64,000 nucleotides of DNA, from positions 51,212,001 through 51,276,000 of the forward strand of contig OX597828.1 of NCBI GenBank assembly GCA_951406725.2. Reading direction: 5' to 3'. The notes under the pieces were generated by a model, which was not told where the DNA came from, made no database searches, and saw only the letters and a program-made list of their open reading frames with translations. The translations under genes were made by a program, and so were the position numbers. Of the stretch, positions 12,261 to 28,285 are shown one piece after another (positions within the stretch are counted from its first letter, which is position 1; each line of letters begins with the position of its first letter). This DNA comes from Octopus vulgaris. Lineage: Eukaryota.

Positions 12261-12482
12261 AAGGCCGCGAGCTGGCAGAATCGTTAGCACACCGGGCAAC
12301 ATGTTTAGCAGTATTTCGCCCGTCTTTACGTTCAAATCCTGACGAGGCCGACTTTGGCTTTCATGCTTTTTTAGGGGGGGAGGGGGTCGATAAATGAAGT
12401 ACCAGTGAAACACTGAGGTCGATGTAATCAATTAATTCCCTCCCTTCATATTCCACGCGTTGTGCCTTTTGTAAAAAGGATT
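12261..12482 (+). mobile_element. SINE family A, short-tail variant ending in (TTA)n
   Basis: aaggccgcgagctggcagaatcgttagc...gtgccttttgtaaaaagga(tta)n. Confidence 0.85.
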
Positions 12483-12486
12483 ATTA

Positions 12487-12545
<59 letters not shown>

Positions 12546-12548
<3 letters not shown>

Positions 12549-12862
12549 TAGTTTTATTTTTATAGTGTGCTTTCACTTCACTACCGAGCGCAGCTCTGTG
12601 TGCCTTGGGTATGTGCTGTGATTTGTTGTGATGCTCTGATGGTTATTGTATGGAAAGTGTTCTGCGTAGGATGTGTGCAGTGCCTAGTAGTGCAATTTTC
12701 TGTATGTTATATATATTTGTTAGTCCTGGTGTTTTTGTTATGTATTTGTCTGAATATTTTTTTATCATGCCTAATGCACCTACTATGATAGGAATTGTTT
12801 CTGATTACTTCTATTTCCAGGTCTTTGTATCTTGAAAGTTTCTCCATTTCTTTTAGAGACAC
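12546..12862 (-). mobile_element. 5'-truncated R4/Dong 3' end between (TTA)n and (TTC)n
   Basis: Minus translation KEMEKLSRYKDLEIE..ETIPIIVGALGMIKK..IQKIALLGTAHILRRTL (frameshifted), typical of the R4/Dong RLE C-terminus; the 3' UTR runs into (TAA)n. Confidence 0.85.
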
Positions 12863-12922
12863 ATTCTTCTTCTTCTTCTTCTTCTTCTTCTTCTTCTTCT
12901 TCTTCTTCTTCTTCTTCTTCTT

Positions 12923-12993
<71 letters not shown>

Positions 12994-12994
12994 G

Positions 12995-13238
12995 AAAGCG
13001 GCGAGCTGACAGAATCATCAGCACGCTAGATCAAATGTTTACCAGTATCTCGCCAGTCGCTCCGTTTTGAGTTCAAATTCTGCCGAGGTCGACATTGCCT
13101 TTTATCCTTTCGGGGTCGATAAATTAAGCTCCAGCGAAACACTAGGATCGATGTAATCGACTAGTCCCCTCTCCCAGAATTTCACACCTTGTGCCAATTG
13201 TAGAAAGGATCATATTATTATTATTATTATTATTATTA

Positions 13239-13272
<34 letters not shown>

Positions 13273-14075
13273 GAAAGCAGCGAGTTGGCTCAGTCGTTGG
13301 TTTTTACGTATTTAGTTCATAGGCCTCCCAGGTCAACTTTGCCCTTCATCCTTTCAGGTTCGATGAAATTAGTACCAGTGAAGTACTGGTGTCGATGTAA
13401 TCGACTTGCCTCTTCACCCAAATTCCAATCCTTGTAAAAGTATACTTTTTATTATTTTTATTGTTGTTGTTGAAATTCCTATAATAACATTTTTACACGT
13501 TGTGCGACTGTTTCTTTTGCGATTAAAAATTCAATTGCTAAAACAGAATAAAAGACTAAATATGTTCAGAGAATAATTGAAACCGGAAGTACAGGAATTA
13601 TTTTCCCCTGTTTTAACCTTGACTTACAATTGTCTGTTAATCAGCTCTTGGAATTTCCGTGGCTTTCATTGTCTGCAATATTACGGTAAATATTTATAAC
13701 ATCATTAAGGTGCCAAGCTGTCAGAATCGTTACATGTTCAGAGTTCAAGTTCCGCTGAGACCCACCTTGTCTTTCATCCTATCAGGGTCGATAAAATAAG
13801 TAGCAGTTGTGTACTAGTATCGATGTAACCTACTTACGTCTTCTCCCGTATTGCTGGCCTTGTGCCAAAATGTGAAGCCAATATGTGTAACATCAATAAC
13901 GATAATATTTATAGCATGACGTCGAGCTGGCAGAACCATTAGCACTCTGGACAATATGCTTAGCTGTATTTCACCCGTTTTTACGTTCTAGTTTCAAATT
14001 CTGGGTGGTCGAATTTTGCCTTTCATACGTTCGGGGTTGATTAAAAATAATAGGGTTTGTGTCTATACTAGGAAG
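12995..14075 (+). mobile_element. Cluster of four family A SINE copies (~12995-13210, 13273-13440, 13707-13882, 13915-14075)
   Basis: Each has the cctttcatcc..gtcgataaa..gtaccag core; progressively degenerate. Confidence 0.8.
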
Positions 14076-14647
14076 GAATATATAAAATATTTCATAATGT
14101 TGGTTTGAAATTATCGCTCGAACAAGCATTTTGTATCTTTATTGTTGGGACGAATTTGATAGCCTTTCCTGAATTTATGATCCATGACCTACATTTTGAA
14201 TTTGAACCCATAATAGTCACTCCTAATGATGCTCAATACTCGTAAAAAAGTATTCCAGATGGTATTGAAAAACTACAAAAAGGTTTCCCAAACGTTGGAA
14301 TCGATGGGTGAAGATGCTTGATTAAATTGATTAAAACAAGGGATTTGGCTGTTAAAAATAAATTTAAGACTGATTTTTGAGAAGTCACATTATCGTAACC
14401 ATTTACATACACACATAGAGAAACGCAGACGAAAGCAAGCACTTTAAGGTGTGTGTATGTATATGTGTCAGTGTGTGTGTGTGTCAGTTGGTGTGTGTGT
14501 GTATATATACGTGTGTGTGAGAGTGTATGAAGATGGGTATATATCTAAATCTATGTATGTATGTATGTATGTATGTATGTATGTATGTATGTATCTGTGA
14601 AGTATCTTGAAGGCGAGCAAGCCGAAACATTCCCCTTGTTAACGTTA

Positions 14648-14682
<35 letters not shown>

Positions 14683-14748
14683 GTCAAGCATTTTCTATGT
14701 TGACTTTTTTTTCCATATATATCAACCCGTGTGTTCCTTTTCATCGTT

Positions 14749-14852
<104 letters not shown>

Positions 14853-14871
14853 GTATAAATTTATATACGAT

Positions 14872-14910
<39 letters not shown>

Positions 14911-15649
14911 GGATAGAAAGATATTGGAGGATGCCAAACTTCCCGACATATTGATGGTTCAAGTCGTAAGTACACAGAACGTCCATCAATCATATATCTC
15001 GTTAGTTAAATGATGGGTACCGACATGTCTGACAAGCAATTTGAATGATGGATACAGAAGCAGAAAAAAAAAAAAGAAATGTATGAAAGCGAATCTAGAT
15101 GGAGACTCCGGCAAACAGAGATAGAGAGAGGGAGACAGACAGAGTACATAGTGGAAAGCAAATAGAGGGAGTCGGTAGGGGGAAACAAAGAATTGTTAGT
15201 TATCTGGATCTATAGATAAACTTGGAATAGTCATATACCAACATAAGCATACGGCATTGAAGCTTACGCATATATAAGAAAGAAATTCCGTTCTACTTCG
15301 GAAAAGTTCTTTGACAACGTCTTCATAAATAATTGATTTTGGTAAACTCCTTATCGGCAAGTCACCGTTGATAGAGACCTCTATGACAATTCCCTTTTTA
15401 TTCGGCATTAGAGACAGGATTTGTCAGTTTTAGAAGTATTTTCCAGATATATCCTGCTATAGACACATATATTCTGAAAATATGTATAGTTTTTGAGAGA
15501 ATGGGAGATATGCATAGAGATATATAATATAATTATATGCAACGAAGTTTTACACACAGATTATGCCTTCGTATGAGTTTTTATATATCCATATTTATAT
15601 ACAAATTCATATATATATATATATAGTTATATATATGCATACACACACA

Positions 15650-15694
<45 letters not shown>

Positions 15695-15711
15695 TTGCAC
15701 ATATATATAAG

Positions 15712-15742
<31 letters not shown>

Positions 15743-16089
15743 CATGGAGGCTTATGCGTGTGTGTTTATGTATGAATGTATAATGAAGCTGGCTGCAGAA
15801 GAAGCCGACACACTATTCTCTCTCTTCAGTGTGGTGTACTTTTAGCTGTGAAATCGTTGATAATGATGCGAGCGGCGGTTTTAACATTAGAAGAACAACT
15901 ATCAATACTAAAGCGAACCCCCCCCTCTCTCTCTCTCTCACACACACAGGCACATTTACTTATAGTGCAGAAATCCTTTAAGCGGTTGTTTATGAGAGAA
16001 AATTAGAAAATATCTTGGCAAAAAACTGGAAAGATTCTGCAAATCCGCAAACGTTTCCTATGGAAGATCGTCAAAGTTACCTGGTCAGT

Positions 16090-16330
16090 TATTATTACAG
16101 ATTAGAATACCTTTATGCCAGGTGCATCTGAAACCGTTGCAAAAATTTTCGATGCTGTTTGCTAGGTCAGGTCCAGTGAGATTTTACGACTGCTTGCCAC
16201 ATATCATGAAAAATCTGTTGTGGCCTGCTCACCAGATTTACAGAAACAGGGAAAGGTGGGCAGACAAATTAAACCTACTACTGACCATGCCAGAAGGACC
16301 TAAAGTCCACGCGGACTAGTTTTTCGAAGG
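16090..16330 (+). mobile_element. Decayed CR1/L2-group LINE 3' ORF end
   Basis: SGPVRFYDCLPHIMKNL...LNLLLTMPEGP resembles the GP.LFN.LP..IRNL...LD.FL..VPDEP end of CR1-group ORF2. Confidence 0.45.
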
Positions 16331-17435
16331 GAAAACTTTTTGTTAGGCGACTAGCGCCGAAGGAATCTTGTTGCCTTATTCACTACGTGATGCGGGAGGA
16401 ACACCTAAACGTAGAACAGAGTCTCTTTGCGATAGGCAATCGCACTGACAACGGCATTTTAATAATGTATTTAGTAATAAAATGTCGTGTTTATATTATA
16501 CATGTATAAGAAATAATAATCATATTTGTAAATTTCGGCACAAGGCCAGCTATTTTAAGTACAGTGTAATAGTGGAGGCGATTAACCACTGTATTTAACA
16601 GGAACATTATATTATTGATAACATTTCACGTCGGAGGGATTTGAATTCAAAAGTTAAAGAGCAGGAACATATACTGCCAAGCATTTCCCAACATTCCGAC
16701 AATTCTGTCAAACAACCAGAACTGGTGCAGGGGCGTAGGTCATGTTATGTTGAGGTGAACACCTCAAACAAGTGAAAGATGGTGCTTTTGCCGCTCTAGT
16801 TTAAATTATTTTGAGGTTTCTTTTGTTCGAATGTCATCAAAGTATGCAACGATGTTTTAAGAATGTCCTTGCACCTCAGCTTAGGAGTTGATTCGGAGTT
16901 CTGCAGTCCACCATTTTCACTAAGTATCACACCCATCGGAGTATGCAAAATGATGCACTCAGTCCTACGGGCAGTAACTTCTTCTAAGGACCTCAACATC
17001 ACAAATATACAAAAAGGAGGATAACACACAAATTATATAAATCTCCGCTTTAGCCTAAGAGAGATATCATGATGAGACCACAGGTGTTTTTACAACTTAC
17101 TGATTGTATCACTGGCTCTTTGATATTTTGCAAGATTTTATTGTCAAGTGTTTATGATATTCTAAGGGTTCTGCCAAGATACACAAACCTGCATCAAAGT
17201 TGCAGCTTCTGAGCATACATTCGAGTATCTGGTTTCAGGTATGCCATTTCTATGCACAGCTATGCGCAGTCTGATATAAGAAACCACATACATATGAACA
17301 TGCATGCATACGTACGAACGTGCGAACATACATATGTAGACACATGCACGCATACACGCAAACATACTCACGTACGCACATACATACACACATACGTACA
17401 CGCATGCATATATACATGCATACATATCCAAGCAT

Positions 17436-17474
<39 letters not shown>

Positions 17475-17500
17475 CATATTTATTTATATATATATATATA

Positions 17501-17550
<50 letters not shown>

Positions 17551-17630
17551 TTATTATATTGTGTGAAATTTGTTTTAGTATTTCTAAATTGAATTTTTTT
17601 CCCTGTAAGTTAGGATTAATATTTCCACAG

Positions 17631-17698
<68 letters not shown>

Positions 17699-17704
17699 TA
17701 TCAT

Positions 17705-17739
<35 letters not shown>

Positions 17740-17922
17740 TATGTATGTATATATATATATGTGTGTCTGTGTGTGGGTATAAATACGTTTGAGTACATGC
17801 TTATATATAATGTTCATGTATATATATATATATATATAGCTGCACACACACATATAAATATGTATGTATGCATGTACGATTATGCACACAAATCAGCTTA
17901 TCACATGTGTATACACACACAT

Positions 17923-17995
<73 letters not shown>

Positions 17996-18416
17996 CGTAT
18001 TATTATAATTATATATATATATTTAAAACAAGCACATGCGTAAAAAACTTGTGAATGTTATATTTGGGTTTGTTGCTCTCATTGTATATATGCTGACACA
18101 TTATCTGAGCGTATACGTGCAAAATGGCGGAAAAAAAATGAACTAAAAGTGAGAGAAAAATAATCTAAGTAAACACTTCAATACTGAGATATTACTGTAT
18201 AAGAGGTAAATAATTTCCAGATTGATATATTCATAGGTTCCGCTGTTTATCTTCAACAAGAACTTAAAATGGAATGAAAGAACACTCCTGCTACTATGGC
18301 CATAGTCTTTTGTTTATATAAGGCATTCCATTTAAAAAAAAGAACATTCTGCTATGATTAAAACATTTTGAGATTCTCCAGCACTGCTTTTGTGTATATA
18401 TTAAATGGATGTATAC

Positions 18417-18468
<52 letters not shown>

Positions 18469-18962
18469 CCGGCACATATACCGACACGCGCATAAACAGC
18501 TTCTACACCTCCCTAAGTGTCTATATAGAAATGCTCCAAAATTGTTGTATATACAGAGCATATACGCATACGTAGATAGATGCATACATACATACATACA
18601 TATATAGATGCATACAAATAAGCATAAACGCGCACATACGCACAAAACGCACGCACACACATGGACGGAAAAGCATGCACGTGTGTGGATATGTACGTAT
18701 ATTCAGGAAAAGTGTATATATAAAGATACACAGAAACACACACACACACATGTATATATATAAATAAATATGCATATAACAGTGCATGCACACTTACCTT
18801 CTTACATATGTGTGTGTGTTGTGTGTGTGTGCGTGTGTGTGTGTGTGTGCATGTGTGTATGTATGCGCGTGCGTGTGTGTTTGTGTGCATGTGTGTGTAC
18901 GCGTGAAAGGGGAAATGAACAGGTGGAAAAATTACCAAATATGATGATGCTGATGAAACTAA

Positions 18963-18969
18963 GAATAAT

Positions 18970-19000
<31 letters not shown>

Positions 19001-19021
19001 ATAATAATAATAATAATAATG

Positions 19022-19084
<63 letters not shown>

Positions 19085-19205
19085 TTAATAATAATAATAA
19101 TGATAATGATAATAATAATGATAATAATAATAATAATAATAATGATAATAATAATAATAAATAATAACAACAACAACAATAATAATAATAATAATAACAA
19201 TAATA

Positions 19206-19275
<70 letters not shown>

Positions 19276-19335
19276 TAATAATAATAATAACAATAATAAT
19301 AATAGTAACGAAAATAATAAAAATAAAATAATAAT
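18963..19335. repeat. (TAA)n microsatellite
   Basis: Direct reading. Confidence 0.97.
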
Positions 19336-19859
19336 AAGCTGTTTAGGAATTGCTGATAGAATTCATATTGAGAATATCCTGTTGTTATTAACTGATTTAG
19401 TTGAAGTAGTTGATAACATTAACAGGAAGAAATCTCATTAGCTGAAAAAGGAATTCCATGTACGGAGTAAAGCTTGCTGAAACGATAGAGAGAAAGATTG
19501 CGAAGCAATACCTAGGCATGGGAAATATATACAAAGAGTGTGGGATGAAAATATGATCGTCACTAAGATTGATGTATTAGTCATTATTTCCTCTGGGAAT
19601 AAGAAGAGATGAGGTTTTAGAGGGGGAAAAATACCCAGCGAGAAGTTATCATATGCAGGGTGTTTTGTTCTGTTCTTGGATGGGTATTAAGGGGTAAATT
19701 AAAGGGTTTGGCGGATAGCTTTATTCGATTTGATTTGTGCTGTAGACCTGCCAAAATAAAGAATACGATCGGAATACAGAAGTATTCATTATTCCCTATT
19801 CCAGATTACCGTTGCAGTCCAATGGTGATTATTGAACGATGTGACTAAAAACGATTGTG

Positions 19860-20026
19860 GTAATGATGATGATGATGATGATGATGTTGACGACGAAGAT
19901 GATGATGGTGAGGATGACAACGACGATGAAGATGATGATGATGATGAAGATGATGATGATGAGGATGACAACGACGAAGACGATGATGATGATGAAGATG
20001 ATGATGACGACGACGACGACGACGAC

Positions 20027-20077
<51 letters not shown>

Positions 20078-20085
20078 AATGATGC
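19860..20085. repeat. (GAT/GAC)n microsatellite
   Basis: Direct reading. Confidence 0.95.
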
Positions 20086-21708
20086 TGATGCAACGAAAAT
20101 GCTAATAACGTTGATAGTCTTTTTTTTTCCTTTTGTATAGCTTTCTGTATTTGCATCTAATCATTTTTAATTGCTAACGAAGAATAATTACAAACCTTAA
20201 TCAAAACAAATAACAAAGAATTCAATTTGGAAAAGTACTCCTGTGTCTGACTAATAAATCTCCTGCACTGACAGGAACTATTCCAGGAAAATTCCAAACG
20301 TAAATTGACAAAGTCATTATTCGTTCCTGGTGGTGGCCTGGCCTGCCTTTTTAACAGGAAATGTGAATTGGTTTTGATAAATTAATTGGAATTCTGAGTG
20401 AATAAAATGTTTAAAAGTGCTAGCGAGTGTATTTAGTATACAAATGACATTATTTACAGTACCATCACAAGCAATGACACCACTGACAGCTACTACCATA
20501 ACAAATCTCATGTCCTCCTATAGCATGAAATGTCATCATGATCACTAACAAATTTGAATATGGAATTATACTGATGCAAAAATCAAAACGCATTTGGTTA
20601 CTATTCCAAAGTGGATGAAATCTTTAATCAAACGTAATACACGGATTTAAAACGTAATCCACTGTTTTAAATCGTCCATAAATTTCTTCTTCTCGTGACA
20701 TTTCCTCTTAATTTACCATTCTTACAGGAACCAGGGATCAAGTAGTTCAGCCCCAGTCTTTTCCACTCACAGAACGTTTCTAGGCTGGTCTATTTCGTAG
20801 AAAGCTGCCAAGGCCGTTGGATATAATTCTTCTCGATCATGATTTCTTCTACCGTTCACATATCAGTTTCCGGGGTTTCAAATTAGTTTCAAGTTAGTTT
20901 GAAGCTTACAAGCTAGTTTCGGTTATGTGTATGTATAATTAATGAAACCAACCAAATCCTGTACACGATTGTTATTTATTTTGTCGACCTCAGAAGAATA
21001 AAAGCAAAGTCTACGTTGCCATAGAACGTAAAAGAGACGCAAGTAGATATCATACCAAGGCATTCTGTTTGATGTGTCATTAAATCTCGTATTTTGTCCA
21101 AATCACCTACTTACTTGTCAGAGAAATACCTTGGGAGATATTGTTACTGGTCTGTAACCAATAGAAACGGTATTTACTGTAGGTGCTATTCAGAAATTGT
21201 ACCTGTCGCTCTTCTGAAGTTAATCTACGCAGTAAGATTATTCACAACGCTGAAAATCAAAATAACTGAAGTATGATTATGGCTGCTCTCAGAGGTTATA
21301 CAATAGTGAAAAAACTTATTGTGGCTCGAAGCTCATACCTTATCTGATGCCGACAAAACCGTTACAACAATAACACATTGCCAGGAATAACATCAACATT
21401 ATCAAATGGCGAGTAATATCACCAACGCTATCACACAAGCTAACAAGGTTGTTCCTACGATCTGCAAGAAATAGCAGTTAAATGTCGCTGAAGATCACAT
21501 ACTTCCTGAAATAAGGAAAGGGCGTAATAGATATTGTGGTGTAAAATATTTCCAAACGGATGAAGTCAGTACGGCTGGGATGTCTTTGGTAATAACTCTG
21601 TCGGACCAGTGTTGCTCCGCGGTTGATCTGTGGTCGAACCTCCCCTCTCCCTCTTCTCCCTCCCCTCCCCCTCCACCCATCCTCCTCCTCAATGTCCCCA
21701 CCACCACC

Positions 21709-21742
<34 letters not shown>

Positions 21743-21981
21743 TCATCAACATAACCCATCTTCATCACATGAGGTAGTGTAATCGCTAATATATCAAATA
21801 TCATTGCAACAATGTAAATGCAAATTATTCGGTAATGGTTCGATGAGAGTTGAAACTGAGGTAAACTGAGATTTTCAATGCTTAACAGCAAATATCTAAT
21901 ACAGGAAGTTTAGTGAGACCAAAATTTGGTGGTGGTGGTGATGGGGGGGGTCATTCTAATAGGTTTAATTGATCAAAATAC

Positions 21982-22213
21982 CTATTTCTTTACTACCCAC
22001 AAGAGGCTAAACACAGAGAGGACAAACAAGGACAGACAAACGGGTTAAGTCGTTTATATCAACACCAGTGCGTAACTGGTACTTAATTTATCGACCCGGA
22101 AAGGACGAAAGGCAAAGTTGACCTCGGCGGAATGTGAACTCAGAACGTAACCGTAGACGAAATACCGCTAAGCATTTCGCCCGGCGTGCTAGCGTTTCTG
22201 CCAGCTCGTCGCC
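21982..22213 (-). mobile_element. SINE family A with 13-bp TSD
   Basis: ttgatcaaaatac at 21969-21981 and 22214-22226 flanks a full copy. Confidence 0.93.
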
Positions 22214-22286
22214 TTGATCAAAATACATTCTGTCGTGTTACTACACGATACCTTAGAAGTGGTACACTTACAAAAATCAAATTATA

Positions 22287-22848
22287 TGTTTATTTATTAA
22301 CCACGGACAAATTACAAAGTAGGGCTTTTCTTTTTGGGGAGAAAAAATAAAATAAAAATGAAAATAAGAGATAAAAAGTGGGTAGGTTTTCGATCAAAAG
22401 GGATCGTAAAGAGAGAGAGAGAGAGAAACAGAAAAAAAATAACGAACAATAGGGATCGTTATCACAGAAATGTCATGATGTAAAGTGTAAAGGGGGAAGC
22501 AGATAGGGTTTATCCGTGGAAAGAAAAGCTTACGGTAAAGAGTAATCTCGGTCAATAATGTCACATGTTAACACATTTATTTGCAAGTAAGTAACTCTCT
22601 GTTTTAAATTTTTCCGGGTTCATAGGATTATGCTCAAGGTGGCTTCGTCATTCATACGTGCCATCCTTGCTACATACACCCATCTTTTTTTAAAACATTC
22701 GCTAGACAAAACTTGTCTCTCTACTCTCACTTTCCTTTTCAAGTGATACGTGAAGAAGTTGATGAGAGATTGACCAGAGAGGAAAGTGTTTGTCTTTAAT
22801 CCTTTCAGACGCGTCCACCAGATACATTCTTTCGCCATAGCCACAAGT
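22287..22848 (-). mobile_element. 5'-truncated Tx1/L1-clade LINE 3' end
   Basis: ORF 22620-22844 (AMAKECIWWTR...FFTYHLKRKVRVER...FKKRW) fits the AK..IW..R...F...W C-terminus of Tx1-like ORF2; pyrimidine-rich 3' UTR ending aataaataa. Confidence 0.65.
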
Positions 22849-24550
22849 AGATTTGATTTCTTAGTTAAGTAGATAATGCAACGTGTTTATTTAAGAAGGG
22901 TTTCGCTCGTGTAATATCGTTTCGATCAATCAGAAAGGCATAATTATCAGTTTACATTTTCTATTTCCCATCTATACCTTCATATTCTATTATAGGAGCG
23001 AATTGGTAGCGGCCATGATATGTGCACGTCAATCTAGACTAGTGAATTTGAATTTAGTTTTATTCCGAATTTTTATATGGAAACATCACATTCAAAGTGA
23101 TATGAATGTTTTGAAGTCCTATCACTCGTACATTTCCTAGGGTTAAAATGCCTTTACTTTAAGTGAAACTTCTCCGTGTAGAATTTGGAAGAAGAATGCT
23201 ATTTCGTGTTATGGTGAATCTATTTGTCTGATGTCATCCCCTGTTATAATAGTCAATAAAATCTGAGTCTTTCATTAACATGGTTTCAGTTTTGATGAAG
23301 ATAGTCACTTAAGAACAGCAATTATTACAGTCATGTACTTAACCACGCAATCTTCTAATCAATCAACATATTAAATTACACAATAATTGAAATTTAATTG
23401 GAATTTATTGAAACGAGGTTCTATTGTTGAACAACAAAGAAATCTAAATAAAGGAGGAAAAGAACGCTAAAAACTTCAGACAATAAACTTTGATTGAGAA
23501 AATGATATTGTCGCTGTAATTTACATATTAAACTGCCATAGGCTCTAGTGCAAACGATTTGATTTATTAAACTGACTTCGGTTACATCCGAAGCCGATTC
23601 GATTCCTCTAAAACTACTGGGAAAGGTAGTTTAGCATCGGTCTCGTTTATTCAGTTGTGTGATAAACTAAATTCTAAACTAAACTAAATATGTAAACGAA
23701 TTACTGTTCTCTTGGCATACGAACAGTTAGAGTGATTCTAAAGCCAAATCAGTGACACAAAGCGACAAGGTTTAATCTTGAAATTGCAGGTACGCTCCTG
23801 GGGAAAAGCAGCGAAAGAAAGAAAGAGGGAATGATTGATTGATAGAAAAAGAGAGAGAAGAATGAAAGATAAATGTGAGCAAGTTAGATTTGAACTCAGA
23901 ATGCTGGGTATCTAAATGATTATCTCGAGGTTGTTACTTGCCCCTACATCACAGATTTGATATTCAAATTCAAACAATAACCAAATATATTCAATTTACT
24001 GAATGAAGAAACTTTCTATACCTCTACGAAAAAAAAAAAAATTAAAATATAATGCATTTTAACTCTCATGTAATTCCAAACTGATAAGCGTATTATAGAA
24101 TGAAGCAGGTGTTTTGAAAAGAAAATCAGCTTCTAGATAGTGTATAACATTTTTAAATACCCCCCATACACACACACAGACACGCATATGAAGACAGGAT
24201 GCATAGAACTTATGCTTCAATGACAGTGCAGTTGAAATAATTTACTTTGAACTGGTTAGAGGAAGCAATGTACAGTGGTGTCTCACTGGAACCACAATAA
24301 ACTAATTGAACTTGTAACGATTTCCCAAGACTGAGCATTGGTAAATCTTTTAATGGGATGAGTCTAGAATTATTTAAATGTCATTCAATATGTTACAGGT
24401 ACTATTATATTGAAGGCAAAACATAAAACACACAGCGTATGACACAAAGATTGGAAGAATAAAAGCAAAGACCATAAGACATCGAATCTTTCAGTTTACT
24501 GTAAAAAGTATAAAATAGAAAAAATTTAAAATATTTCCGTTTTAAATAAT

Positions 24551-25387
<837 letters not shown>

Positions 25388-25402
25388 TACTTGAATGATT
25401 TT

Positions 25403-25646
25403 AAAGGCGAAGCTGACCCCAGCGGAATCTGAACTCAGAACGTAACACGTGTCCTATATTAATAGTTATAAAGTGCTTTGCTTTACTGATGACTAACAGT
25501 AACATATAATTATACAGAGTTCAAACAAGCATTTGTTAATATAGCTATAGTTTAGCAGAATTATATATGTGTGTGTTGATATATATTTATATGCATATAT
25601 GTAGATATCAATTATTTATACACACACACTCAAATATACATATTTG

Positions 25647-25714
<68 letters not shown>

Positions 25715-26470
25715 TAGACATGTGTGTGTGTGTGTGTGTGTGCGCGCGCGCGCGCGCGTGTGTGTGTGTATATAGATTTTTGTATTTTTCTTTTGTTAAC
25801 AATTAAGATGGAAACAATAGATAAATAGTTACCAGGGTAACAAAAATCACACCAAGTTAATAGGTTGTAACTCCTTGATGTTAAAGGTAGAAACTCTTGG
25901 TTTACGTGAAATATTTTGTATAATATATATAAATATATAAATGAAGTTAAACGTAGGTGTTATTCAAATATTAGCCAGTTGCTTAAGGAAAGTACTCTTT
26001 GGGCGAATGGTTTTATACTTCAGAGATGCGTCAATATTAAATAACTCCATATACTGTAACTATTTTGCTAGCATAATCTAAGGACACCTGGTTGAAGTAC
26101 ATATAAATAGATGTGATTATATTTACCTCTTTTTTCCGTGTTAATTGTTAACAGGGGACAAATACACACATCTATTTATATATAGTTCAACCAGATTTGA
26201 ATAACACCTGCGTTTAACTCCATTTATATATATGTATATTTGAGTGTGTGTGTATAAATAATCGATATCTACATATATGCATATAAATATATATCAACAC
26301 ACACATATATAATTCTGCTAAACTATAGCTATATTAACAAATGCTTGTTTGAACTCTGTATAATTATATGTTACTGTTAGTCAGCAGAAAAGCAAGGCAC
26401 TTAAAATCTATTAATATATGACACGTGTTACGTTCTGAGTTCAGATTCCGCCGAGGTCAACTTCGCCTTT
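25403..26470. repeat. Second inverted repeat pair 25403-25643 / 26230-26470
   Basis: Arms align as reverse complements with few mismatches; the first arm begins at the end of the preceding palindrome. Confidence 0.93.
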
Positions 26471-26730
26471 CATCCTTCAGGGGTCGATAAATTAAGTAAC
26501 ATTGAAACACTGGGATTTATCATATCGACCAATCGACTCATCCTTTCCCTGGAGTCACCGTACTTGTTTCAAAACTTAAGAGCAACATACGACACGTGCT
26601 ACGTGAGTTCAAATTCCGCTGAGGTTAACCTTGCCTTTCTTTCTTTCAGGTCGACAAAATAGGAATATGTTGAATAAGTAACTAACCCTTTCCAACAAAC
26701 ATAATGGCATTGTGCCAAAATCTGAAACCA
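26428..26730 (+). mobile_element. Two 5'-truncated family A SINE fragments
   Basis: gttctgagttcagattccgccgaggtcaac... and gagttcaaattccgctgaggttaacc... cores. Confidence 0.75.
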
Positions 26731-26880
26731 ACATGTGTCATGCGTATGTGTTTGAGCGTGCGTGCACACACGCACTCACGAACACACACGTACACACACA
26801 TATACACGCATACATAAACATATATATACTTACACACGCACACATATATAGATACATTGATACAGCCAGAAGACATGTTG

Positions 26881-26935
<55 letters not shown>

Positions 26936-26996
26936 ATCGCCATGACTGATCTTAAATCCACAACTCTTTATATTCTCTGTTTATTTCCTCTTATTC

Positions 26997-27032
26997 CTTT
27001 CTGTTGATGAGCGTAGGCGCGAAACATAAAAG
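26997..27032 (+). ncRNA. Minimal hammerhead-like motif in a (TA)n-flanked element (~26934-27122)
   Basis: cttt-ctg-TTGATGA-gcg/tagg/cgc-GAAAC-ata-aaag; C3U variant; stem III degenerate (possibly ACGT>ACAT). Confidence 0.5.
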
Positions 27033-27158
27033 ACTTTCTCACTTTTCCGATCGTTAAATTAGTACACATGCTTGCTGTTCATACACCTGTCTTCGTCTTA
27101 TGTCTTTTGTAAATTTCAACTTTATATATATGTATATATATATATATATATATCTTTA

Positions 27159-27198
<40 letters not shown>

Positions 27199-27221
27199 CA
27201 TACATACATACACACACACAC

Positions 27222-27283
<62 letters not shown>

Positions 27284-28184
27284 ATCACCAAGCTGTAAGG
27301 CAAACTCTGTCTGGAGGATTCCAAAGAAAATGTCGGCGAAACTCGAATTCAGAACAAAATATGATAATCAATTATTTTAAGAAGTTAATCTGCAAAACAT
27401 TTTCTTGCATTATACTGCACTCTATATTAAAATTTGCGTAGATATTAGCATTTACGATGGCCAGTTGCCTCACAATCTTTTCCGATTCTTGCACTGAAAT
27501 ACAAAAGGAAATTTAAAAAAACAAATAACAAAAAGGAAAATCTAATTGGCTGTGGCCTTCAGGCTTTGCAAGAAATTATCTTGGCTTTCTTCTTAAATCA
27601 ATGAATATTTTGGTGAGAAACAAATACTTTATACGAATAAAAATTGTACTAAAATGTCAAAAATGTATAACTTCCTGTTACTGACCTGTGGTACTTTATA
27701 ATTGAAGTTGATAGATAAGACAAAAATATCATATTCGAAATGAATGCCCCCGAGTTAGTCTAAAACAACCTTCATCAATCAGGAAGGAAAAATTTCTGCA
27801 GGCCACTATTATATACGTGCAACCACACAACAGCAGCAGCAGCAGCAGCAGCAGCATCAGCAACAGCAGCAACAGCAGCAGCAACAACAAGGACAAGAAA
27901 CAGAATCAACGCCATCGATAACGATACCGACGACGATGACGACATTAATGACGACGATCAGAGGGAACGTATGAAAACAGCAAAGAGTTTTATAAAAGTA
28001 GTATTTACTTGCTTCATTTATCGCGGCATGTGAGTGCCGGGAGATTTCCTTATAGCAAGTAAAGGAAATAAAAGTTGAAGGGGTCGGTTAAACTAAGGAC
28101 AGAAAGAAAAAAGGCTGGCGTAAATATGCGAATATACGCGGACGCACAGACACAGAGAGGAACATATGTACACACTCAAACACG

Positions 28185-28285
<101 letters not shown>

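Noticed and set aside
19340-19620. Possible CR1/Jockey-like 3' end on the minus strand (LRTWNS)
   Set aside because: Single weak motif with stops; not enough to call.
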